This document shows, in pieces, positions 18,688-29,400 of a stretch of 64,000 nucleotides of DNA. The position numbers and the translations under genes are program-made. The notes beneath the pieces are model-generated. The model searched no databases and was not told where the DNA came from. It was given only the letters and a program-made list of their open reading frames with translations. Position 1 is the stretch's first letter; every line of letters starts with the position of its first letter. Source of the DNA: Candidatus Hodarchaeota archaeon (GTDB taxonomy: Archaea > Asgardarchaeota > Lokiarchaeia > Sigyniarchaeales > SOKP01); the NCBI GenBank assembly GCA_048886685.1, contig JBHLKM010000009.1:107229-171228 (forward strand). The letters are read 5' to 3'.

Positions 18688-20478
18688 CTAACTTTTTTCT
18701 ACTAATTGTTCTAACTCTTCGATTTTGTCAGATAGATAATTAATTCCTTTTTGCCAGAATGAAGCATCCTTTAAGTTGATACCAATTTCAGATAATATTT
18801 CTTCAGGTGTTAATGAACCTCCAACAGAAAGGAGTTTAATAAATTTTGGGACAAATTTTTCTTTTTGCTCAAGATATAATTGATATATTGAGATTACCAA
18901 CAGATTAGACATGTTATATGCATACACATAGAAAGGTACTTGTAAAAAATGGTGCACAACAAAACAGTAATTGGCGTAATCTTCTCTAATGTTACTAATA
19001 GAGTTGCCAAACATTAATTCCATTTCTCTAACAAAAGTATCTTTAATTTCTTCTGTTGAGGGTAATTTCTCCTCCAGTAAATTATGAATACTTTTTTCAA
19101 ACCTATAGAAAGCATTTTGTCTATGGGAAGTACTGAACTTTGATTCAATGAAATTACTTAACAAAGAAATCTTTTCTTCTCTCGATAAATTTGTATTCAT
19201 TAAATGGTCAAAAATTAAAATTTCATTGAAAATTGAGGCAATTTCAGCCATAACCAAAGAAATTCCTATATTTATGAAGTTTTGATTTTTTAAATTATAA
19301 TATGCGTGAAATGCATGGCCAAGTTCATGAGATAATGTTCTTAATGAATCGATTGTACCAGTAAAATTTACAAATACGAACGGATAATGCTTCAGTTTCC
19401 CATTGGAACAAAAGGCACCACGATTTTTTCCAATTCTGGGAGTGACATCAATATGATTAGATAAAACCATTCTTTCTATTATCTCTTTAAATTCTGGAAA
19501 AAATCTTTCATCAGCATCTTTAATAAGTTCTAAATTTTCCTTATAGGAATAATTTTTTGTTATTTGACCAATCGGGACATAAATATCCGACATATGGAGT
19601 TCAGGGAGATTTAAGATTTTTTTCTTTAAGTTGTAATATTTCTCCACGATAGAATAACTTTTTGTGGTTACTTCTCCTAAAATTTCAACACTCTCATCAC
19701 TAACTTCATTTTCGAGATTTCTTCGTGATATCGGTGTATTGAAATTCTTTTTTTTGCATTCTAAATCCCAGCTTTTCAAGGTATTATTAAAAGTATGAGT
19801 GAAAATCATTTCATACTCCTTATATTTGGAAACAATTGCACTTAAGGCTCTAAATCGAAGATCTTTATCCTGGTGGTACATAAAAGAAAAGACCTCTGCT
19901 TCAGTTAACTTCCTCATTTTTCCTTCTACTTCAAAATCGAAAATAAAACTGCTTTTTAATTCATTATAAAGTTTTATGAATGCTTTAGCACCTGTAATAT
20001 CTTTCATTAAAACTATTTGTTCTTCTTCTTCCGAAAGTTGATGTTTTTTTTTCAATCTGTTAAATTTGAGAGCATGAGAATAATTGATAAGTTCTGGAGC
20101 ATTTTTTAACTCGTTAAATTTGTGTTCTGAAATCAAATTCAATTCTAAATTAAAAAACAATAATTTTTCCTGAAATTTAGCTTTATAATCTTCTATCTTT
20201 GAGCGAAATGATTTTACATCATCATTTAATGAGTTAATTGAATATTCCAAACTTGAATAACGATCTAAGTAATATATTTGTTCAGATATTTGTTCATATT
20301 CCTTATACCATTCTAATAATTGCTTTGGAGTAAGTAAAGGATCCCTTATCTTTCCTTTGACTTTCTTATAAAAATTTTCGACTGACTTTTCTAATTCTTT
20401 AAGATCCTTATCAATTGAAGGATCATCAATGCTTTCGTAGAAGTCGGTTAAATCCCATTTAATGATTTCTTCTGCCAT
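18688..20478 (-). CDS. pepF: oligoendopeptidase F (peptidase M3B)
   Basis: WDL N-terminus, GAFC, HELGHAFH zinc motif, AEIAS, PFYVYAY. Confidence 0.88.
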   Translation of the reverse strand: MAEEIIKWDLTDFYESIDDPSIDKDLKELEKSVENFYKKVKGKIRDPLLTPKQLLEWYKEYEQISEQIYYLDRYSSLEYSINSLNDDVKSFRSKIEDYKAKFQEKLLFFNLELNLISEHKFNELKNAPELINYSHALKFNRLKKKHQLSEEEEQIVLMKDITGAKAFIKLYNELKSSFIFDFEVEGKMRKLTEAEVFSFMYHQDKDLRFRALSAIVSKYKEYEMIFTHTFNNTLKSWDLECKKKNFNTPISRRNLENEVSDESVEILGEVTTKSYSIVEKYYNLKKKILNLPELHMSDIYVPIGQITKNYSYKENLELIKDADERFFPEFKEIIERMVLSNHIDVTPRIGKNRGAFCSNGKLKHYPFVFVNFTGTIDSLRTLSHELGHAFHAYYNLKNQNFINIGISLVMAEIASIFNEILIFDHLMNTNLSREEKISLLSNFIESKFSTSHRQNAFYRFEKSIHNLLEEKLPSTEEIKDTFVREMELMFGNSISNIREDYANYCFVVHHFLQVPFYVYAYNMSNLLVISIYQLYLEQKEKFVPKFIKLLSVGGSLTPEEILSEIGINLKDASFWQKGINYLSDKIEELEQLVEKS

Positions 20479-20584
20479 ATAACAGAAAATAAGAAATTAT
20501 TATATGAAGTTTTCTAATTACTTACTGAATCCTACTCTCGAGCAATACTGAAATATTAAAAAAAATTATACTTTTTAATAAAAC

Positions 20585-20598
20585 ACTTGTTTATTTAA
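20585..20598 (+). promoter_or_regulatory. 14-bp element ACTTGTTTATTTAA upstream of the biotin carboxylase
   Basis: Identical element in the same relative orientation upstream of the carboxyltransferase-megasynthase operon (35662-35675, minus strand). Confidence 0.4.
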
Positions 20599-20632
20599 TT
20601 AATAGCATAGTTATAATAATTAACTTTCATTA

Positions 20633-22123
20633 TTGCATTGTATGATCAAATCTGTCTTAATTGCAAATCGTGGAGAGATTGCAGTTAGGGTCATTCGAGC
20701 CTGCCGGTCAAAAGACATTCAATCAATTGCGGTTTTTTCTGACACAGACAAAAATTCTCTCCATGTAAAAATGGCAGATGAGGCTTACAACTTAGGGAAT
20801 GAATCGGTTCAGAGCACTTATCTTAACATTCCAAAGCTGATTGAAGTAATTGAACGATCTAAAGCTGACGCAGTTCACCCAGGATATGGTTTTTTAAGTG
20901 AAAATGCAGAATTTGTTAGAAGAGTTACTAACCTTGGCAAAATCTTTATTGGACCAAGCCCAAGTACCATTGATTTCCTCGGTAATAAGATTAAAGCAAA
21001 AATACTTGCAAAAAAGGTCAATTTGCCTGTTTTACCTGGTTCAGAAGGATTTATTAATAGTTTAGATGAAGCTAAATCAGTAGCAGATGAGATTGGATAT
21101 CCGATAATAATTAAGGCTGCTTTTGGAGGAGGTGGTCGAGGAATGGAAATTGTTGAATCTGAGGAAAATATGGGTACTGCGTTAGAGAGCTGCCAATCAA
21201 TGGGATTAAAGTTTTTTGGAAGAAAAGAAGTTTTTATTGAAAAGTCAATTACAGCACCTCGCCATGTAGAAATTCAATTTATAGGAGATAATTTTGGTAA
21301 TGTTGTCCATTTAGGAGATCGGGAATGCACTATTCAACGATCTCACCAAAAGCTTATTGAGGAAGCCCCTTCCTTCTTAACAAGAGATGAAATTACCAAT
21401 TTAGGTGAAAGAACTTGTTTTTTGGCTCGTGAATTAAATTACTCAAATGTTGGGACGGCAGAATTTCTTTGGAAGGATGGTAACATCTACTTTAATGAAG
21501 TAAATCCAAGAATCCAAGTGGAGCATGTCGTTACAGAAATGGTTACTGGAATAGATTTGGTTGAAGAACAAATAAACATTGCTTCGAACAAACTATTAAA
21601 CTTTACTCAAGAGGAGATTTCATTACATGGACATGCAATAGAGTATAGGATAAATGCTGAAGATCCCCATAACTCATTCTTTCCTCAACATGGAAAAATA
21701 ACAAATTTAATAATTCCGGGAGGCCCAAAAGTACGTTTTGATAGCTATTTATACCCTAATTACGTTGTCCCTCATGATTTTGATTCATTAATAGGAAAAC
21801 TAGTCGTATGGGGAAGGAATCGTAAAAGAGCAATCAACCTTTCTAAACATGCTCTTAAAGAATTAGTTATCTCAGGAATAAAGACGAATTTAGATATGCA
21901 TAAAGTAATAGTTGAGACTTATGAGTTTAAAAAAGGTGAATTATCAACTGATTTCTTAAACAAAACAAATATTACTCATAATTTAAAAGATTTAGAGAGA
22001 AAGAAATTAGCAGCAGTATTTCAATTGGTTAAACAATTTAATTTTTCAATTCAACCTGAAAAAAAACATAAGAAAAAATCTAATAAATGGCGAGATATCG
22101 CAAAAATAGAGCAATTAAGTTAA
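20633..22123 (+). CDS. accC: biotin carboxylase subunit of acetyl/propionyl-CoA carboxylase
   Basis: ANRGEIA, HPGYGFLSEN, GGGGRG, RECTIQR, EVNPRIQVEH, RINAED; likely start MIKSVL. Confidence 0.93.
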   Translation: MHCMIKSVLIANRGEIAVRVIRACRSKDIQSIAVFSDTDKNSLHVKMADEAYNLGNESVQSTYLNIPKLIEVIERSKADAVHPGYGFLSENAEFVRRVTNLGKIFIGPSPSTIDFLGNKIKAKILAKKVNLPVLPGSEGFINSLDEAKSVADEIGYPIIIKAAFGGGGRGMEIVESEENMGTALESCQSMGLKFFGRKEVFIEKSITAPRHVEIQFIGDNFGNVVHLGDRECTIQRSHQKLIEEAPSFLTRDEITNLGERTCFLARELNYSNVGTAEFLWKDGNIYFNEVNPRIQVEHVVTEMVTGIDLVEEQINIASNKLLNFTQEEISLHGHAIEYRINAEDPHNSFFPQHGKITNLIIPGGPKVRFDSYLYPNYVVPHDFDSLIGKLVVWGRNRKRAINLSKHALKELVISGIKTNLDMHKVIVETYEFKKGELSTDFLNKTNITHNLKDLERKKLAAVFQLVKQFNFSIQPEKKHKKKSNKWRDIAKIEQLS

Positions 22124-22159
22124 AAAGAGAAAAAATACCTAATAAAGAGATTGTTATCA

Positions 22160-22675
22160 TTATAAAACAACATAATTTTCTTTCCCTTTTACTGTGGATA
22201 CACTTTCAATTTTAACTAGCGGTTGATCTTGACCAACATCATCTTCTACATTTACAAAGATTTGCATTATTTTTCCTTTAATTGGGGATAATATCCGATT
22301 TTTCATTTTCATTGCCTCTAATATCAACAATAATTGATCCTTTTCAACAAATTCTTGTTCTTCAATATGGATTTCCAAAATCTTTCCAGGAATGGGAGCA
22401 TTTACGGTTTCTTCTTTAACTTGTGGATTTTCATTGTTACTATCTAAAGATTTTAAATAAGGTTTAATTTCAATATCGATTTCTTCACCCTCTAAATATA
22501 GTACTCCATTGATATATTCCAAATTAAACTGACAATCTTCAAATGTTACTCGAAATAAATTTTCTGTTTCCTGAATAACTAAAGGAGTATAGATGTGGTC
22601 ATCAACTTTTATTTTTCCATCATCTATCGGTCGAACAACATAAGTTCTTCCTCGGAATTTTACTTTTTTCAGCAT
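22160..22675 (-). CDS. accB: biotin carboxyl carrier protein
   Basis: APIPG...LEAMKM biotinylation motif. Confidence 0.9.
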   Translation of the reverse strand: MLKKVKFRGRTYVVRPIDDGKIKVDDHIYTPLVIQETENLFRVTFEDCQFNLEYINGVLYLEGEEIDIEIKPYLKSLDSNNENPQVKEETVNAPIPGKILEIHIEEQEFVEKDQLLLILEAMKMKNRILSPIKGKIMQIFVNVEDDVGQDQPLVKIESVSTVKGKENYVVL

Positions 22676-22688
22676 ACTTGTTATCTTT

Positions 22689-23492
22689 TTAACTTGTTCT
22701 TATTGTTTTTACTAGATGAGAATCAAAGAAATCAATAAGATTTTCACACATTTGTTGAAAATGATTTTCATCTGTAAAGTTATGGTTAGCTCCATCAATT
22801 ATATCAATTTTTTTATTTTCAGATTGAACCTTATTGAAAAGTTGGTGAAAACCATGTTCTGGAAATAAGACATCCTTATTACCAGCGATTAAATAAAATG
22901 GTTTTAATAACTTATCAGCTAATCTAACAGGATTATATTGTCTCGTTTGTTCAGCATACTTTATTTTAAGATCGCCATCTGGAAATCGCATTTCTTTATT
23001 GCGCGTTAAAGCTTTTATGAAAAACTTAAACAAGGGATTTTTTGGTATAATTTCAGTATTAAAAACAGGGGAACGTATCGCAAGACATTGAACTCTTTTA
23101 TCTCTTACAGCATGGCAAAAAGCCATTGCACCTCCAAAACTTTCACCTAACAAGCCAATTCTAAGAGGATCTATTTCGGGATGATAGACTAATTGATTTA
23201 TCACTTGTTCAATATTAGCTTGAGCATCATAATAAGTAAATATCCCCGTACTACCTCTAACACCTTGATGATCATAAGTAAAATATGCTATATTATTATT
23301 AACAAAATGACATGCAAATCTCAGTTCATCTTCTTTAGGTGATTTTCCTGGCATTCCATTAACACGTATTACTAATGGGAAACAAGTGTTTTTAGAGTTT
23401 TCAGGCTCTATAATATCAGGTAAATACAGGATACTCTGTAGGATTTCAGTACGAACCTCAATTTCTATCATTTCCTTTCTCATTAGTATCAC
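22689..23492 (-). CDS. alpha/beta hydrolase, candidate stand-alone thioesterase of the megasynthase
   Basis: GESFGG nucleophile elbow, Asp (GNKD) and His (GANH); GTGA overlap with the megasynthase stop. Confidence 0.75.
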   Translation of the reverse strand: MILMRKEMIEIEVRTEILQSILYLPDIIEPENSKNTCFPLVIRVNGMPGKSPKEDELRFACHFVNNNIAYFTYDHQGVRGSTGIFTYYDAQANIEQVINQLVYHPEIDPLRIGLLGESFGGAMAFCHAVRDKRVQCLAIRSPVFNTEIIPKNPLFKFFIKALTRNKEMRFPDGDLKIKYAEQTRQYNPVRLADKLLKPFYLIAGNKDVLFPEHGFHQLFNKVQSENKKIDIIDGANHNFTDENHFQQMCENLIDFFDSHLVKTIRTS

Positions 23493-26400
23493 TGGATTAT
23501 TGGTTTGTTTTTAAAAGGTTTAATCTCACAGTACGAAAGAACATATTTTTCAGAAAATTCAACCCGTAATTGTAGATCTTTAAGATTTCTATTGATGTCT
23601 AACAAGTCATTTTTGGATTTTAAGGTAAATTTATTGTATTTTTTATTATATTTCAATTCAATGTCTCGGAAATTAATATTAAAGCCTTCCCCTATTGCTT
23701 TTGAGAAGGCTTCTTTCGCTGTCCAGTAGATTGTTCCCAGATAGGCATCGTCTAAAATAGTTTTTCTTTCTGATTCAGTAAATACCTCCTTATAGAATGA
23801 TGGGGATCGGGATTCAATTATCTCTAAATCAATGCCAACCAAATTTTTACTTATCATTGCTACTGAAAAATCATTGGAATGACTTATAGAAAGATTAAGT
23901 GGAATTATTTTATTCTCTTTGTTTGAGTAGTAATATGGCTTACCTTTTTCATCCTTTTGAATTTCAAAGTCATGATATGAACCATCAACAGCAATAATCC
24001 TACGATAACATTCTTTTGCGGCAATAATGCCAGAAAAATATTCAATTTTTCTTTTTATATTCCTAAAGCGCTTTGAGTTTTCTATCTCTGTTTCAGTCAG
24101 ATAAGTTTCAAAAAATTTCGGATTTATTTGATATAGATCTTTTAGTTTTGCAATAGGTAGAACTTGAATTTCGTTTTTAATTTTATTATTCTTTAGGTGG
24201 TAATACTCTTTTAAGGTAGTTAGATAATCAGAGAGGTTATTTGAGAGGTTTACTGTAATTTGTGCATGGATGATTTCTAGGTTTTCAATTTTCGCTATAA
24301 TTTCTTGATCTTCATCTAAAATTACCGAGTTATAATAAGATCTCTCCTCGTCTTTTTTTAAGAATTTAGCTACTATGTATTTTGGTCTTTGGTTTGATTT
24401 TATTTGAATAGAGGAGGCTTTTGAGGGAAGAGAGAGATGGTTATTTATGATGTAATCAAATAACGCTGCGGTTTGAAATACACATTCCATGGATAAGGGT
24501 TCAAATTGAAAATGATCCTCTTCCTCATTATTAATAATAGGAACTGTTGGAAGATCGATCTTTGTTACTATTTTTCCTTTCTCTAATTGAATAACTTCTT
24601 CTAGAACTTGAAATTTCTTCCCATGAAAGAAAAGCTCATAAATTTCAGTTTTATCAAGTAAAGGAATTAATGGATTTAAAATTAGATCTTTTTCCCATCT
24701 CATTTCTTTTACTAAATCATCGAACTGAGCATCGAAATGGTTTTTTATTAGTGGTTTTCCTTTTAGAACTGTGGGAAAAGTCTTTGATTGAAGTGATATC
24801 TTATTATTGGATTTATTAAATGTTAGTTCTACTTCTACTGACTTACCTACTGAAATTTTCAGGGGCGTGTGAAAATTAATATTTGAAATAGAGGTTAACA
24901 CCTTATCGAACACTCGATGGTAGAATTCTGCGAATGTTTCTAGAGCCATTACACCAGGAAATACAGGTTTTTTTTGAATTTGATGATCAAGAAGATATGT
25001 GTCGAATTCAGAATTTATGGTGTTAAAACCAATTATATATTCAGATTGATAATTTATTTTTTCTAACATAGGATATTCTTTTTTATCAATAACTTCCTCA
25101 ATATCAAGCATTTCCTCAAAGATCCCTAACTTCCCCGCAATTATATATTCCCCAGTGAAGTTGTTTAATACTAAATTGGTAAATATCTTTATACCAGTTA
25201 TTGAAGGAACAGGTGAAACTCCTGCTTGAGTAAGGATTTGTAAAGTGGAACCTTGAGTAGCCATACCAATATCTGCCCAAGCTGTCCAATCAAAAGTTAA
25301 AAATGGGATATTGCGTTGGTTGAATTCCCAAGCCATACGCGATAAATACGCATTAGCAAATGCATAATCAATTTGACCCTGATTCCCATAACGTCCAGCA
25401 ATTGAGGAAAAAGTTACAAAATATTTGACGTCTTGAATCTTTATATATTTGAGAATTTTTGAAAACCCTCCAACTTTAACATCAACAATTTTATGAGCCA
25501 TATTTAAATTTTTCTTCAAGAAACTTTTTGATTCTTCTATCCCAGCACCATGGATAACAACTGTTATCTGATTTTTAGTTTCTTCATTAATTGTTTGGAA
25601 GATGTTCTTCATTTTTTCATCATTAGTAACGTCTACTGCATAATATTGAACTGAAAGACCTTTTTTCTTCAAATTTTCGATATTACGAAGAGTATCTAAT
25701 TTGTCGAGGAATTTCTTCCATTCTCTGTTAATCATAACAGGAGTTACTTTCTCTAGTGTAGATTTCAATGACTTAACCAATTCTTCCTTTTTCTCACTCA
25801 ACATGTCCGGGGTGTATTGTAAATATTCTAAAAATGAATCATCGTACGGGCTTAATCCTAAAAGAATTAGTTGTGGTTTAGTATGGTTTGTTAATTCATC
25901 AATACAAGCAAAAGTTATTCCTTGTGCTCCTCCTGTAACCAATAATACATCTTCTTCTGTTATCGAAGAATAATTCAATTTTGGGAGCTTTTCTACTTTT
26001 TTTCTTAATAATGTATAACGTACATTTTCCCTGTAGGCTATTTCCTCAAGTTTATCCCAACTCAAGAACTCTTGAGTAATCTGTCCTAAATTCATTGAAG
26101 AAATAAGCTTGATCGGAATCTGAAATTCGCGATTGATTGTTTTTATAAAAGCACCTATACTAGAAGCAAGGGGATTAGCTCCTTGTTTCCAACCGAAAGT
26201 AGTATCTGGAGAAATAACTAAGATTTTTTCTAATATTGATAAATTTAAAGATTGAAAAATGAGAAAAAGACTGTCGAAAATGTTTAAACTATCATTAATG
26301 GTATATTGACTATTATCTGGAATAACCAATATGAGTATCTTGAAATCTATATCAAATGGAAATTCACTATTATTATTATTTAGATCTTTAACTAAATTTT

Positions 26401-29400
26401 CATTAACATCAACATTGAAAATTTGAACATTTAATCCAAAATTTTCAAAATCTTTGCTTAAGTTTTTGTAATTTGATAATCCTGAGTTAATGTTAAGAAT
26501 TAATGTATTAATATCCTTGTATTTCAGATTTTCCTTCGAGGGGAGCAATTTAAAAACTCGGGAAGGAACTACTTTTGACACATAAATTTGGTCATCATTT
26601 TCATTTTCTGATTTTTCTTTTACCTCGCTGATATTTTTGACAGGTTCTAATTCCATATCAACTGATTGCGATTTTTTATTGATGAACTGGATTACAAATT
26701 CAGTGATCTCATTAGGCGTACGGATGTCAGCTATGTTAATTTCAACATTATCTTCTAGTTTGTAATATTCACGCAAGACTCCAAAGATTTCTGCTTGCTT
26801 TACTGTATCAATCCCCAAGTCTTCTTCCAAATCATAAGAATCATCGATATCAGTAAGGTCATAACCAGTTTTGTCAGCAATAATTTTTTTTACTAAATTT
26901 TTTACCTGATTTATATCATCAATTTCATTAGATTTTAATACAATACTTTGCTGTTTAATGCTAATATCTGTTTCCATATTCTGGTCATTTAAGAATTCTC
27001 GCATTTTAAGAATTATATTCTTAATACTGCCAAGTCCTACCAAATTTATTTCTGTGTCCTCTGAGATTTTCAAATCATTCCGAAGTTCTCCAAAAATCTC
27101 CGCTTGTTTGACAGTATCAATACCTAAATCCTCTTCTAAATCAAACTCAGGATCGATATCTTCAATATCGTATCCTGTCTTTTTAGAAATGATTTCAATT
27201 AACTTATTTTCAAGTGATTTATTATCTAAACCCGAGGAACTATTACTAGAAACAATATCATGACCTAAAGACTCATTGAGCATGTGAACGATATCATTTA
27301 TAGTGCGATAGTCTGCTATATTGAATGAATCATCAATTTCAATTTTCCATTTTTCTCGGATTTCTCCGAAAATCTCTGCTTGTTTGACAGTATCAATTCC
27401 AAGATCTTCCTCCAAATCATAGGTTTCTTCAATGTCTTCTGGATTATAACCGGTCTTTAAAGCGATGATTTTTTTGATCTCAACTATCATATCGATTTTA
27501 CCAACCGAAATTGATTGCTGAGGGATTTCTGTTTCTTTTGGTGATTGAATTGTAGTAATTATAGCAGAAATACGTTCTGTATTCATCTTTAAGACTCTAC
27601 CATCCATGAATACTTGTGTCCCGCTCCCACCTACATTTTGAAGCCATTGTTCATAGTTTGGTTTGGTAAAACGATTATCATATGATACTAAACGGAATAA
27701 GACAATGGCTAATTGTGAACCGAATCCAGCGGCAAAACGTAAAGCATATTTCTTTCGTTCTCTTACTCCTTTTGAAAAGTTGAAATTTGAATAGTTTGAA
27801 TCTATCTTATTAAAATTCGCTATCGGGGGAATTTTTCCTTTCTCCATTGATTTAATTGCCACAGCTTCTTCAATACCTGCACCCATCGCATGACCAGTAT
27901 ATCCCTTCGTATTAATTATAATCATATCATAAGCATTTTTACCAAATGTATTTTCTAATGCTCTTAATTCTGATTCCGCACTTCCACCTCGAGCAGGGGA
28001 ATAAGTTTCATGACTTACAAACATCCCTTCATTAGCCAATTCTCTTTTACTAATACCATGTACTTTTTCCATCTTTAAAATAAAATCGTTAAGTCTTTGG
28101 GAAATATCATCCTTATCTAATCGTGTACCATGATAAGCGCTATTCCCAAAATAAGAACCAAGAATTTCTACAATTGGTTTTACTCCTCGAGCTTCAGCTT
28201 CGGAATTTTGTTCAATAACAAATGCACTTGCTCCTGCACCTAATACAATTCCATTCCTTCCTTCTCCAAAGGGAAGTACTGCTTCCTCCCATCGAGATTT
28301 TGTTGTAGCGGCTCCACTTGCAATAAATCCTGCACCAATCCATTGAAAAAGGTTCTTACTTGTTACATTATCGGCAGTGATTACAACAACTCGTTTACAT
28401 CTCCCAGTTCGAATCCAGTCTTCTGCAATACCTATTGCTTGAGGTGCAGAAGCACAAGCTGCATTAATAGATGTATTTGGTCCTTTAGCTTTTATTAATT
28501 GAGCAAATTGAGAATGTCCCATAGATAAAACTCTAAATAAAAATGAGCGATTAAAATTTTCTACACTTTCCTCACTAGAATTTAATTGATTGAATTTAAA
28601 ATTAGAGCACTGTTGAGAATCTTCTGCAAAATTATCGTATCCTGGAAATGCAGATGCAAAAATGATACCTGTATCATCTTGTAATGATTCTGGTAAAGCC
28701 CAGTCACCAGATAATGTCTTACCCGTAGAGGTTTTAATAGTGCTACGAACTAATGGAATTCCCGCGTCTTTAAGTGCATCATATCCTGCACAAATTGCTA
28801 GTTGGAATGTAGTATCTAAAGCATTTAGGATTTTAGGATTAAGTTGATAATCCTCTGTCGGGTTAAAATCCCCCATCTGTCCTGCCAAGTGAATTACTTT
28901 AGAAATATCATCTATAGGCACAAATTTAGCATTACCATTAGGGGATTTTTCCAAACGAATTATATTTTTTTGATATAATTGTTCTTGAAATTCACTACTT
29001 ACCGATTCGATTAGATTAACTCCATCTAAAATATCATCGATATTTTTATCATCAAAAATTTTACGATTTTTGCCAGGAAGTCCAATACCTACACCAGTGA
29101 TTACGACAGGTGTAGAATTAAGCAGTGATCCTTTCTTATCATATTTATTTTCAATTGAAATATGATATTTCTTAAGATAATTATGAAATCCTTGAATCAT
29201 AACCGAAGACAAAAGTTCTTTTTGTTCTTCTAGAAATTCATTAAAAAATGGAAGTTGCTTTAATTTAGATAAGTCTTCATTCGAAATTAAAGAATTTTGA
29301 TTTTTTTCAAGTGTAGGGGATTTTTTCGATATTTTTGGTTTTTGATCTGGAATAGCTGGTGGTTGAGTTTTGATTTCATCAATGGGGCTAGCTGATTTTA

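Noticed and set aside
26680-27490. Repeated DNA as a CRISPR array or mobile-element repeat
   Set aside because: The repeats are in-frame, synonymous-diverged ACP domains of a coding gene.
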